DNA from: a virus
Length of the DNA: 64,000 bases
Direction: 5' to 3' (one strand)
Virus record (IMG/VR): IMGVR_UViG_3300042905_003268
Span: 1 to 64,000 of that record
The number at the start of each line of letters is the position of its first letter. The first letter of the stretch is position 1. Positions 1 to 6,760 of this stretch are shown here, in pieces. Position numbers and translations under genes: made by a program. The notes under the pieces are model-generated. The model ran no database searches. It was given only the letters and a program-made list of their open reading frames with translations, and had not been told where the DNA came from.

Positions 1-131
1 ACTGGTTCCGCAAGGGCCGTGGTGAGCGGGGTGCTGAGAATGTTGCAGCAGCCGCTAGCGGTTTCGATCCTGTCACCAATGCGGAGAAGGGTCGCATCCT
101 GAAGGCGGTCAAGGAGATCGCTTTCGCGTAA
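1..131 (+). CDS. 3' end of DUF932 / TIGR03299-like phage protein (partial)
   Basis: Frame from nt 3 reads WFRKGRGERGAENVAAAASGFDPVTNAEKGRILKAVKEIAFA*, resembling the C-terminus of DUF932 proteins; not in ORF track. Confidence 0.6.
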   Translation, partial: WFRKGRGERGAENVAAAASGFDPVTNAEKGRILKAVKEIAFA

Positions 132-167
132 TCAAGCATCCTGGGCATGATGTAAAACTGCCTGCAC

Positions 168-235
168 GCCACCCGCGCTGGGCGCAGACGAGATTCCAAC
201 CCTTGTCGTGCAGAGTTCGATTCTTTGGGGTGGTG
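168..235 (+). tRNA. tRNA-Trp(CCA)-like, degenerate (short D-arm)
   Basis: Acceptor GCCACCC/GGGTGGT, T-arm CAGAG-TTCGATT-CTTTG, anticodon loop TTCCAAC with one A-C mismatch in the stem; D-arm only GCGCTGGGCGC. Confidence 0.55.
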
Positions 236-239
236 CTTG

Positions 240-312
240 GCACTTGTAGAGTAGCGGTTATCTCGCCACCCTGTCACGGTGGAGATCGTGGGTTCGAATC
301 CCATCAGGTGCG
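240..312 (+). tRNA. tRNA-Asp(GTC)
   Basis: GCACTTG/CAGGTGC acceptor, CCACC-CTGTCAC-GGTGG anticodon arm, GTGGG-TTCGAAT-CCCAT T-arm. Confidence 0.93.
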
Positions 313-410
313 CTTGACAAATTTTTTTGCGCGGACAAGATCTTGGTCGCGGTATAAAAATAAGTCAATTACGACGGTTACGAAATTTCCCCAGAATTCC
401 TGGAATTTTC
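312..410 (+). repeat. Degenerate ~90 bp direct repeat, copy 1 (copy 2 at 3668-3760)
   Basis: GCTTGACA-N9/10-GCGCGG(A/C)CAAGATCTT...AAAAATA...TTACGA...AAATTTC.CAGAATT shared by both copies. Confidence 0.7.
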
Positions 411-413
411 CGC

Positions 414-442
414 TTGACATATCCTCTCTCATACGCTTTACT
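414..442 (+). promoter_or_regulatory. sigma70-type promoter of + strand small-gene operon
   Basis: TTGACA (414-419), 17 nt, weak -10 (TTTACT); strong RBS AGAAAGGAG before ATG 467. Confidence 0.5.
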
Positions 443-466
443 AGATATACCTAGAAAGGAGAGAAT

Positions 467-637
467 ATGGACCCGAATGAAACCCTTGCATCCCTCCGCA
501 TCACCTTTGCGCGTTGGGAGGAGTGGGGGACTTTGGAAGTTGATGCAGAAGAGGCTATGGATTCCTTGACAGACCTGTTCTTTGCATTGGATAATTGGCT
601 TACATCAGGCGGTTTTCGCCCAGACGACTGGAGTTAG
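467..637 (+). CDS. Small actinophage-type protein (MDPNETL...LDNWLTSGGFRPDDW)
   Basis: 56 aa ORF missed by track; RBS AAAGGAG; motif recalls a small-protein family of actinobacteriophages. Confidence 0.75.
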   Translation: MDPNETLASLRITFARWEEWGTLEVDAEEAMDSLTDLFFALDNWLTSGGFRPDDWS

Positions 638-638
638 T

Positions 639-863
639 ATGGCAACCATCACATTCTCAGTAGAACTTATCTACGAGGGAACTGGTCACTTTATGGATTT
701 TGAGTATGAGTATGAGACTTGGGATGATATGACCCGCGAGGAGTTGGAGCAATTGGCTGACGATCTTTCTAGTGGTCGTGATCCTGAGTTGTATAACGAG
801 ATCATGGCTAACCTTTCTATCGTCCCCACCGTTGAGAATGTGAGTGCTGATGAACCTGAGTGA
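639..863 (+). CDS. Small acidic hypothetical protein
   Basis: ATG 639 right after previous stop; D/E-rich. Confidence 0.7.
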   Translation: MATITFSVELIYEGTGHFMDFEYEYETWDDMTREELEQLADDLSSGRDPELYNEIMANLSIVPTVENVSADEPE

Positions 864-1170
864 TGCTGAGACTGGTTGCTACATTGACGGCAGCCGTCGT
901 GATGTTGTTGAGTTCTCTCTATTAGTTATCGAACTGGCTCATGATTATGGCTTTGAGTTGGATTGGGATAGATTCGTCAAAGATGCCGCCAACTTGCGTG
1001 AGCCTGGGTATGTGATGGACGATGATGAGATACAAGAAATTTTTGATGCTATTGACTGGACCTATGAGGATGCGCTAGAATATCTCAATGACAATACCCG
1101 CGAGGGATTGTATTGGGAAGTAATAGATCAGAGTCTCTATCTAACGGAGGATGCAGATGCTAGCCAGTAA
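850..1170 (+). CDS. Acidic hypothetical protein
   Basis: ORF track; overlapped chain of early-type genes. Confidence 0.7.
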   Translation: MNLSDAETGCYIDGSRRDVVEFSLLVIELAHDYGFELDWDRFVKDAANLREPGYVMDDDEIQEIFDAIDWTYEDALEYLNDNTREGLYWEVIDQSLYLTEDADASQ

Positions 1171-1363
1171 TATGCTTACCAAGGATCAGATGCTAGAGCA
1201 GTATGAGGTTCTAGGATTTGCTTATGGCATGTGTGTAGTCAAGCGTATGTCTGATGGTGTGAAGGGTACATTGGATTTTGGAGATCATCCTATCCTCCGT
1301 CCCGAGGATTCTTCCAACCCGCTTGGATATACTCGTTACTACTACAACTTTGTGGAGGCATGA
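1157..1363 (+). CDS. Hypothetical protein (EVLGFAYGMCVVKRMSDGVKGTLDF)
   Basis: ORF track; RBS GGAGG upstream. Confidence 0.7.
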   Translation: MLASNMLTKDQMLEQYEVLGFAYGMCVVKRMSDGVKGTLDFGDHPILRPEDSSNPLGYTRYYYNFVEA

Positions 1364-1491
1364 TGGATATTTCAGTAGAGGTTCAGAATGTTAGTTTCAT
1401 CATTGACGCAGAGGATGAGAGCGAGGCTATCGCTAAGGTAGAGGACTTTCTGCAAGAGTATGCTTGGGACTGGACCCAACCCTATGCCTGA
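1360..1491 (+). CDS. 43 aa acidic microprotein
   Basis: ATGA overlap with previous stop, GGAGG RBS; MMDISVEVQNVSFIIDAEDESEAIAKVEDFLQEYAWDWTQPYA. Confidence 0.65.
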   Translation: MMDISVEVQNVSFIIDAEDESEAIAKVEDFLQEYAWDWTQPYA

Positions 1492-1675
1492 GTATATCAA
1501 CGCTATCAAGACTGTTACTTATGATGTTCCCGCCATTGTTGAGAGCCTAGAGCAGATGGGCATGGAGGATATTGACTTAGACGTTGTGATGGAGTATATT
1601 CAGGAGTGGGTCTTTGAGGACTTTGGCGATTCCTATGGTATTGTCTATCAGGATGAGAATGGGGATGAACTGTGA
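1484..1675 (+). CDS. Small acidic hypothetical protein
   Basis: MPEYINAIK...YQDENGDEL; overlaps previous stop. Confidence 0.7.
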   Translation: MPEYINAIKTVTYDVPAIVESLEQMGMEDIDLDVVMEYIQEWVFEDFGDSYGIVYQDENGDEL

Positions 1676-1845
1676 AACAATATCGCATTGTCCTGCCCCT
1701 GGAAGTGTGGGGAGAGTTTGAAGATGACGAGGATCATGAGTTTATCAAGGAAGTCCTAGGAGATAAGTTGGACGGACTCTTGATTTCTACCGACTACCTG
1801 TGGGATTATTGGAAAGACGCCAAAGTCGAACCTATGGAGGGATAA
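1672..1845 (+). CDS. 57 aa acidic microprotein
   Basis: GTGA overlap upstream, TAATG overlap downstream; not in track. Confidence 0.65.
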   Translation: MKQYRIVLPLEVWGEFEDDEDHEFIKEVLGDKLDGLLISTDYLWDYWKDAKVEPMEG

Positions 1846-2210
1846 TGCCTAATATCACCATGCACCTTACTGCTAACTTTTACCCGCCCATTCCTGCTGA
1901 CATTCAGTTGCGCGTGCAGGAGATTTTTGATGAGTTGCAGGCTGACTCATATCCATTTATCTCAGGTTGGGCAGATATTCCCGAGGACTGGTGCTATGAG
2001 TATGAGGACTGGTCTGTATTCGACCGCGAGTATAAGTTGCCTAATGGTGCGGTGGTGACAGGTCGCTCTCTGTGTGATGATCTGCGTCTTTGGGATGCGC
2101 TCTTCTGGGATTGCGATGAACCTATGGATACATGGGAAGATCATGAGCGTGAGGCAATAGAGTTGGCTAATCAGGTCCCTGGCCAACTATCATTTTGGAC
2201 GGTGGAGTAA
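1845..2210 (+). CDS. Acidic hypothetical protein
   Basis: TAATG coupling, GGAGG RBS; MPNITMHLTANFYPPIP. Confidence 0.7.
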   Translation: MPNITMHLTANFYPPIPADIQLRVQEIFDELQADSYPFISGWADIPEDWCYEYEDWSVFDREYKLPNGAVVTGRSLCDDLRLWDALFWDCDEPMDTWEDHEREAIELANQVPGQLSFWTVE

Positions 2211-2434
2211 TGCTAAAGTTTATAGAGATTGACTGTGGCCCAGGCGGGTATGTGTGGGAACTACACTCACAACATCATGACCATCTTAGGACATATGAGA
2301 GCGAGGCGGCTATGCTGAATGATGCTGCCCTACTGAAGATGGTAGATGTATCTTATAGATTCTACACTCAGGCTGAATACAACCTAGAGATGCAAGTAGA
2401 GATCATGACAGAGAATGGGGCATGGAATGGATAA
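2210..2434 (+). CDS. Hypothetical protein
   Basis: TAATG coupling, GGAG RBS. Confidence 0.65.
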   Translation: MLKFIEIDCGPGGYVWELHSQHHDHLRTYESEAAMLNDAALLKMVDVSYRFYTQAEYNLEMQVEIMTENGAWNG

Positions 2435-2789
2435 GCGTGAGTATCTGCGTAGTCTGGGATTCACAGTAGGAGAGCGTGGTCGCTTTACTGCTGAGATGAT
2501 GACTGCTCTGAAGGACTATCAAGAAGAAGGCGGGAAACTAGAAGGTCGTACAGGTAAGAGAGATGATGGTCTACCTGAATCTGAGCCTGTAGTTATTCGT
2601 CCCCACGTTCCTCCTATGACCCAGGTTCGTCAGCCTAAGAAACTCAGGGGGCGTAGTAAAGAGGGATACATTGTAGAGTTTGTTACTTGTTTTGACTGTC
2701 ATTATCACATGATGTATTGCTCATGCGAGGGGGGAGTAAAGGCTCCATCTTCCATATCCACTAGCAAAGACCCGCTCGTTCGTGTATAA
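2427..2789 (+). CDS. Lsr2-like DNA-binding domain protein with C-terminal Cys/His cluster
   Basis: REYLRSLGFTVGERGRFTAEM resembles the Lsr2 C-terminal AT-hook (RGR) domain; C-terminal CxxCxxxxxxCxC. Confidence 0.6.
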   Translation: MDKREYLRSLGFTVGERGRFTAEMMTALKDYQEEGGKLEGRTGKRDDGLPESEPVVIRPHVPPMTQVRQPKKLRGRSKEGYIVEFVTCFDCHYHMMYCSCEGGVKAPSSISTSKDPLVRV

Positions 2790-2815
2790 TGTAGGTTCCC
2801 CATCGAAAGGATATC

Positions 2816-3175
2816 ATGACACAGGACAAGGCTGAAAAGGCGTTCATCGACGCCTCGCATAATGTATTGTTCAGCGCTTATGGATTTGCTGATGCCGTCA
2901 GGCTTGCGGGTGCTATCCCTGCCTCTGCTCTGAATAAAGTGGCTATCGGATGGTTTAGGCTAATGGAGGTCGAACATCGCTATGGCATTGGTGATCCCGT
3001 AATTGGCGAACTTGGTTCGCGTATCGTAAACGAGGTGCTGAGTGACTATGAAGAACTACCCGACTACAACCCTGGTCGTGGATTTGAGGGTGGAGGTGGA
3101 GATAATAGAGGAACTTGGGAAGACTATGAGAGCCGATATTCTCCGTCGTTCATTCGAAGAGGCTTTGACTCTTAG
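2816..3175 (+). CDS. Hypothetical protein
   Basis: RBS GAAAGGA; TATAAT at 2785-2790 upstream. Confidence 0.7.
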   Translation: MTQDKAEKAFIDASHNVLFSAYGFADAVRLAGAIPASALNKVAIGWFRLMEVEHRYGIGDPVIGELGSRIVNEVLSDYEELPDYNPGRGFEGGGGDNRGTWEDYESRYSPSFIRRGFDS

Positions 3176-3192
3176 GAACATCAAGCCTGGGC

Positions 3193-3222
3193 TTGACGTA
3201 CAAAAAGTCGAAGTGATACAAT
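3193..3222 (+). promoter_or_regulatory. sigma70-type promoter driving putative sRNA
   Basis: TTGACG (3193-3198), 18 nt, TACAAT (3217-3222). Confidence 0.6.
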
Positions 3223-3228
3223 ATTCAA

Positions 3229-3323
3229 ATATGTAGTATGGTGGTGCGGCTATCAGGGGACGCCCTAGTCGTTAACTAAAGCAGGAGCCTCGAAAACTCC
3301 TAGCAGCCACCATCTTTTTCTTT
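3229..3323 (+). ncRNA. Putative three-way-junction small RNA
   Basis: Closing stem ATGGTGG/CCACCAT, inner stems GCGGCTA/TAGTCGT and AGGAG/CTCCT, followed by a T-tract. Confidence 0.5.
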
Positions 3324-3349
3324 ACAATGTCAGAGGGCGGGTGTATAGT
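3321..3349 (+). promoter_or_regulatory. Leaderless promoter
   Basis: TTTACA-N17-TATAGT then 6 nt to ATG 3356; no RBS. Confidence 0.6.
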
Positions 3350-3355
3350 AGAGAT

Positions 3356-3673
3356 ATGACATGGACACAGATTGACCCAGATAACTTCTCTCAGTATGAG
3401 GGTATGACTCCTGCTGAGATTGGCAGAAGCATTCTCAAGTCCCGCCCACATGATCTGCATTTGCTGCGTGAGCAGCAGAAGGTTCTAGTATACACAGAAT
3501 CATATTCTGGCAGGCCGTGGGAGTATAAGGTGGATAACCCAGAGTGGGCAAACTTCTGGAAGCCAGTCTATGATCTTAAGGATAAGCCAGAGTCAGAATG
3601 GGTAGAGGATGATTATTTCTCATATCGCGCAATGAAGGCACTTCTTCCCGCATCTGCCGTCAGGGTGGCTTGA
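3356..3673 (+). CDS. Hypothetical protein (last gene of + block)
   Basis: ORF track; start reassigned to leaderless ATG. Confidence 0.7.
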   Translation: MTWTQIDPDNFSQYEGMTPAEIGRSILKSRPHDLHLLREQQKVLVYTESYSGRPWEYKVDNPEWANFWKPVYDLKDKPESEWVEDDYFSYRAMKALLPASAVRVA

Positions 3674-3760
3674 CAGCCGCGCTTGGCGCGGCCAAGATCT
3701 TACCCGCGTAGTAAAAAATACCCCTTTACGAAGAACTTAAAAATTTCGCAGAATTTTTGA
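3668..3760 (+). repeat. Degenerate direct repeat, copy 2
   Basis: See 312-410. Confidence 0.7.
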
Positions 3761-3763
3761 CAG

Positions 3764-4208
3764 TTATCCACAATTTTATCCACAGCGGGTATGGGCGCTT
3801 ATATTTTACAAATTAGACATTACGACGGACATGAAAAAATCGCAGAATTTTACGATTCTGCGATATATTTTTATACACATGTTATCCACAGGTGGGGTAT
3901 ATGATGTATCCCCCTATACTATACATACTATACTAGGATACATATACACATCCCGCCCACATATTATCCACAGGTTGTGGATAACTTTGGGCATATTACG
4001 AAGGACCCCAAAATTTGCTGGAATTTTTTAGAATTAAACAGAATTAAATAATATGTGGTCATATTTGGTAAATATATTATAAAAATGCCCCATTTTTCTT
4101 GACATTACGAGGGAGGGGGTATAGTGCCCCATTACACCTAATATATTTTTCAAATAGTTATATACTCTTATCCACATTTTGTATCATATTGTCCACAACT
4201 TATCCACA
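3764..4208. promoter_or_regulatory. DnaA-box cluster (candidate origin or DnaA-titration locus)
   Basis: TTATCCACA at 3764, 3776, 3882, 3964, 4168, 4200; inverted at 3976; TTATACACA 3871; TTGTCCACA 4189; AT-rich, non-coding. Confidence 0.8.
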
Positions 4209-4221
4209 AGCAATTGTGTAT

Positions 4222-4317
4222 TTAGTAGACAAATCGCAGCAATTCTCCTAGACAAACAGCAGCAATAATGCAGCCTAGTGAATAGATAGCAATACCTATT
4301 GTTTCTTTATGACTCAT
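4222..4317 (-). CDS. 31 aa hydrophobic microprotein
   Basis: MSHKETIGIAIYSLGCIIAAVCLGELLRFVY; ATGA-coupled to upstream gene. Confidence 0.55.
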   Translation of the reverse strand: MSHKETIGIAIYSLGCIIAAVCLGELLRFVY

Positions 4318-4430
4318 GTGAAGATCCATCCTAGTATAAGTGTACCTATAGTGAAAAGAAAGATCATTGTGAGGCACCCGCCCAGGAATGTGGTCAGACA
4401 ACCTTCGGTTGTCGCATTATTTTGATTCAT
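4314..4430 (-). CDS. 38 aa hydrophobic microprotein
   Basis: MNQNNATTEGCLTTFLGGCLTMIFLFTIGTLILGWIFT; ATGA overlaps at both ends. Confidence 0.6.
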   Translation of the reverse strand: MNQNNATTEGCLTTFLGGCLTMIFLFTIGTLILGWIFT

Positions 4431-4567
4431 ACATTTATCGCATTCTGTGGATAGTAGTGTGTAATGTTATATTGTTTCTTATTTAATCTTAGTACTCTTC
4501 TTGTCACGACAAAGATTATGCCGTACAGACCGATAAGAAATATCGTGTATTTTATCAGACACTTCAC
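4427..4567 (-). CDS. 46 aa single-TM microprotein
   Basis: GTG start 7 nt after TATAAT; MKCLIKYTIFLIGLYGIIFVVTRRVLRLNKKQ... Confidence 0.5.
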   Translation of the reverse strand: MKCLIKYTIFLIGLYGIIFVVTRRVLRLNKKQYNITHYYPQNAINV

Positions 4568-4575
4568 ATAACATA

Positions 4576-5493
4576 TTATACTTGCATATTATTATAAAAA
4601 GATATGACATGAATCTTTAGGTTGTACGGCTTAATAAATTCATAGATCATCTCTATTGCTGTACTAAGATCATATACATGCATGTGTACGGCACAAATAT
4701 CAGGACCGCCGCTGACAATTAAATCTGTGGATAAGTGAGATATTTTCTTCTTCATGGCAATCAAATTATCATCAGCCATACAGTTAAACATTATCTCATA
4801 TTGATATGGCTGAGATGCTATCTCTTTGTCTGTCAATAATGACTTCTTTAAAGATGTAGGATACTCCCATTTAAACCCGCCCGTTTTTATTCCCGTTATT
4901 GTATCAATTAAAGCATCATAAATTAATACAAGTCCCCAAGCCCCAGAATCTACTACCTGCGTCGCGCTCAATGCGGGGATCTGATTCTGTGTCTCTAATA
5001 GGGAGGAATATAGATCAAATCTTAATGATTCTAGGTCAATATCATTATTTAATTTATTACTTAATGACTTCCATGCAGCATCAGATACCGTCAACATGGT
5101 GCCCTCCATAGGGTGTGAAATGGAGGCTCTAGCCCTCTGAGAAGCAAATAAAAATGCATTGTGTAAAGTATTAGCACTTATCATTTTATCTTCTATTAGT
5201 TGTGAGCATAGAGATGAAATTACTTCTGAAAGTATGATTCCAGAGTTTCCTCTAGCACTTATAAGACAACTGACAGATACCCTTTTAGATATATCTAAAT
5301 CTTCAAATGGGGAGTCCTCCCCGCGCAACCTTGAGAGTGTTCCTTCTAGAGTCATAGAAATATTATTTCCCGTATCACAATCGGGCACGGGAAAAACATT
5401 GATAGAGTTAAGGGTCTTCTTATTCTTATTTACATAAGAAAAAGACAGATCCAACCAGTCGATAATAAAATTACTATCTACTACCAGCCTCAT
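4576..5493 (-). CDS. DAK2 (DhaL)-domain protein, FakA/YloV-like fatty acid kinase, C-terminally shortened
   Basis: NVFPVPDCDTG, ARGNSG, EGTMLTV, VVDSG, VHMH motifs. Confidence 0.88.
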   Translation of the reverse strand: MRLVVDSNFIIDWLDLSFSYVNKNKKTLNSINVFPVPDCDTGNNISMTLEGTLSRLRGEDSPFEDLDISKRVSVSCLISARGNSGIILSEVISSLCSQLIEDKMISANTLHNAFLFASQRARASISHPMEGTMLTVSDAAWKSLSNKLNNDIDLESLRFDLYSSLLETQNQIPALSATQVVDSGAWGLVLIYDALIDTITGIKTGGFKWEYPTSLKKSLLTDKEIASQPYQYEIMFNCMADDNLIAMKKKISHLSTDLIVSGGPDICAVHMHVYDLSTAIEMIYEFIKPYNLKIHVISFYNNMQV

Positions 5494-5586
5494 TCTTCTA
5501 CATCTACCTCAAAATTAAATGTTTCTAGGGGTACTGCCCAGTCTACAATCTTATCAATTACATTATTTACTGCCGCACCTACAAAA

Positions 5587-5829
5587 CTAAACATCTACCT
5601 TCTCCAATTTAAATGTCGATTCATCATATGCATAAATGAATGCCTGCTTATTCTCTATGGGGGAGGTAAGCCTTCTGATGTATCTTCTGGCCTTTCTCAT
5701 TGCCCCGCGCTTGCTAAGTGCATTAAATGATGTGTATGGCACATCGTCTGACTCATGCATTACATCAGCATACCAGACCCATGCCCATACGCCATGCCAT
5801 CTTCCAATTACTATACTAAAGTTTCTCAT
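5587..5829 (-). CDS. Hypothetical protein
   Basis: ORF track; RBS AAAGGA. Confidence 0.6.
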   Translation of the reverse strand: MRNFSIVIGRWHGVWAWVWYADVMHESDDVPYTSFNALSKRGAMRKARRYIRRLTSPIENKQAFIYAYDESTFKLEKVDV

Positions 5830-5877
5830 GTGCGTCCTTTTCTCTCTTGTGTATAATATATATTATAGGAGGAATAA

Positions 5878-6597
5878 ATGTCAAAGAATATATACGATAT
5901 CCCCATAAATTCATGGGACGGGCAAGAGAATATCTTAGAGAAATATAAAGGTAAGGTTACTCTCATAACTAATGTCATAACAGATTGTGGTAATGCTCCA
6001 GAGTATGGAATATTACAAGATATATATGAAAAGTACAGGGATCAGGGGTTTGAAATCTTAGCCGTCCCTACAAACGAATACTGCGGGGAGTTTATTGTTT
6101 ATGATGAATTTGTAGATGGAATCAACTGTGCATTAGACGCTAAGAAATTTGCAGAAGAAACATATAATGTTACATATAATTTTTCTGAGTTAGTTAAATC
6201 TAATCCTGGAGTAGTAGAAGATAGAGTATCAGAAATATTATATCCTAGTAGGCCAAACGAATTTCCCAGACAACTTCCTGAAGGAGAATCCCCTCACGAA
6301 CTATTTAAAACTTTATGTTGTGATACTTCTCCAGAAGATCCAAATAAAGGTAAGATGCTAGGGAACTTTGAAAAATTTTTAATTGACAGAGAGGGAAACT
6401 TCTTCTCCCGCCATCATAATGGTAGTTTAATGCCTCGTTATGATGAGAATGAATATGCTGATAAATACGGAATAGCACTAAATAATAGAAGAACTCATGA
6501 TCATGTGGAAAGAAGTGAAGTTTCCGATGACCACTTCTCTGGAGTAAAAAATTATGAAAAACTTTGTAGAGATATAGAACAATTATTAAATAATTAA
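5878..6597 (+). CDS. Glutathione peroxidase family protein (divergent)
   Basis: YKGKVTLITNV..DCG, YRDQGFEILAVPTNEY, NFEKFLID; TATAAT and AGGAGG upstream. Confidence 0.85.
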   Translation: MSKNIYDIPINSWDGQENILEKYKGKVTLITNVITDCGNAPEYGILQDIYEKYRDQGFEILAVPTNEYCGEFIVYDEFVDGINCALDAKKFAEETYNVTYNFSELVKSNPGVVEDRVSEILYPSRPNEFPRQLPEGESPHELFKTLCCDTSPEDPNKGKMLGNFEKFLIDREGNFFSRHHNGSLMPRYDENEYADKYGIALNNRRTHDHVERSEVSDDHFSGVKNYEKLCRDIEQLLNN

Positions 6598-6598
6598 A

Positions 6599-6760
6599 TT
6601 ACTCGTCTAAGTATTTTCTTACTACATTCGTATCTTTATATTTATTTACACATTCCTTGCACCATTTCTCTACCTTAAACTTCCTACTGCTCACCCCCCA
6701 TTTTGTTAGGCATGTGTATTCAGAATGTTTATTACTAGTGCAGGGGCTTTTCATAGACAT
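6599..6760 (-). CDS. 53 aa Cys-containing microprotein
   Basis: MSMKSPCTSNKHSEYTC...WCKECV; not in track. Confidence 0.45.
   Translation of the reverse strand: MSMKSPCTSNKHSEYTCLTKWGVSSRKFKVEKWCKECVNKYKDTNVVRKYLDE

Noticed and set aside
203-569. Track ORFs 203-454 and 327-569
   Set aside because: They overlap tRNAs and the promoter; the real gene is 467-637 with a strong RBS
3238-3313. Pistol, hammerhead or twister ribozyme identity for the sRNA
   Set aside because: Conserved cores (e.g. CUGAnGA/GAAA, pistol pseudoknot) could not be matched by eye
3831-4031. 66 aa ORF in the DnaA-box region
   Set aside because: No RBS; sequence is dictated by repeats
3726-4110. TTACGA repeats as a mini-CRISPR array
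   Set aside because: Copies are degenerate and irregularly spaced, interleaved with DnaA boxes
4099-4125. TTGACA...TATAGT promoter
   Set aside because: Spacer is only 15 nt and there is no downstream + strand gene
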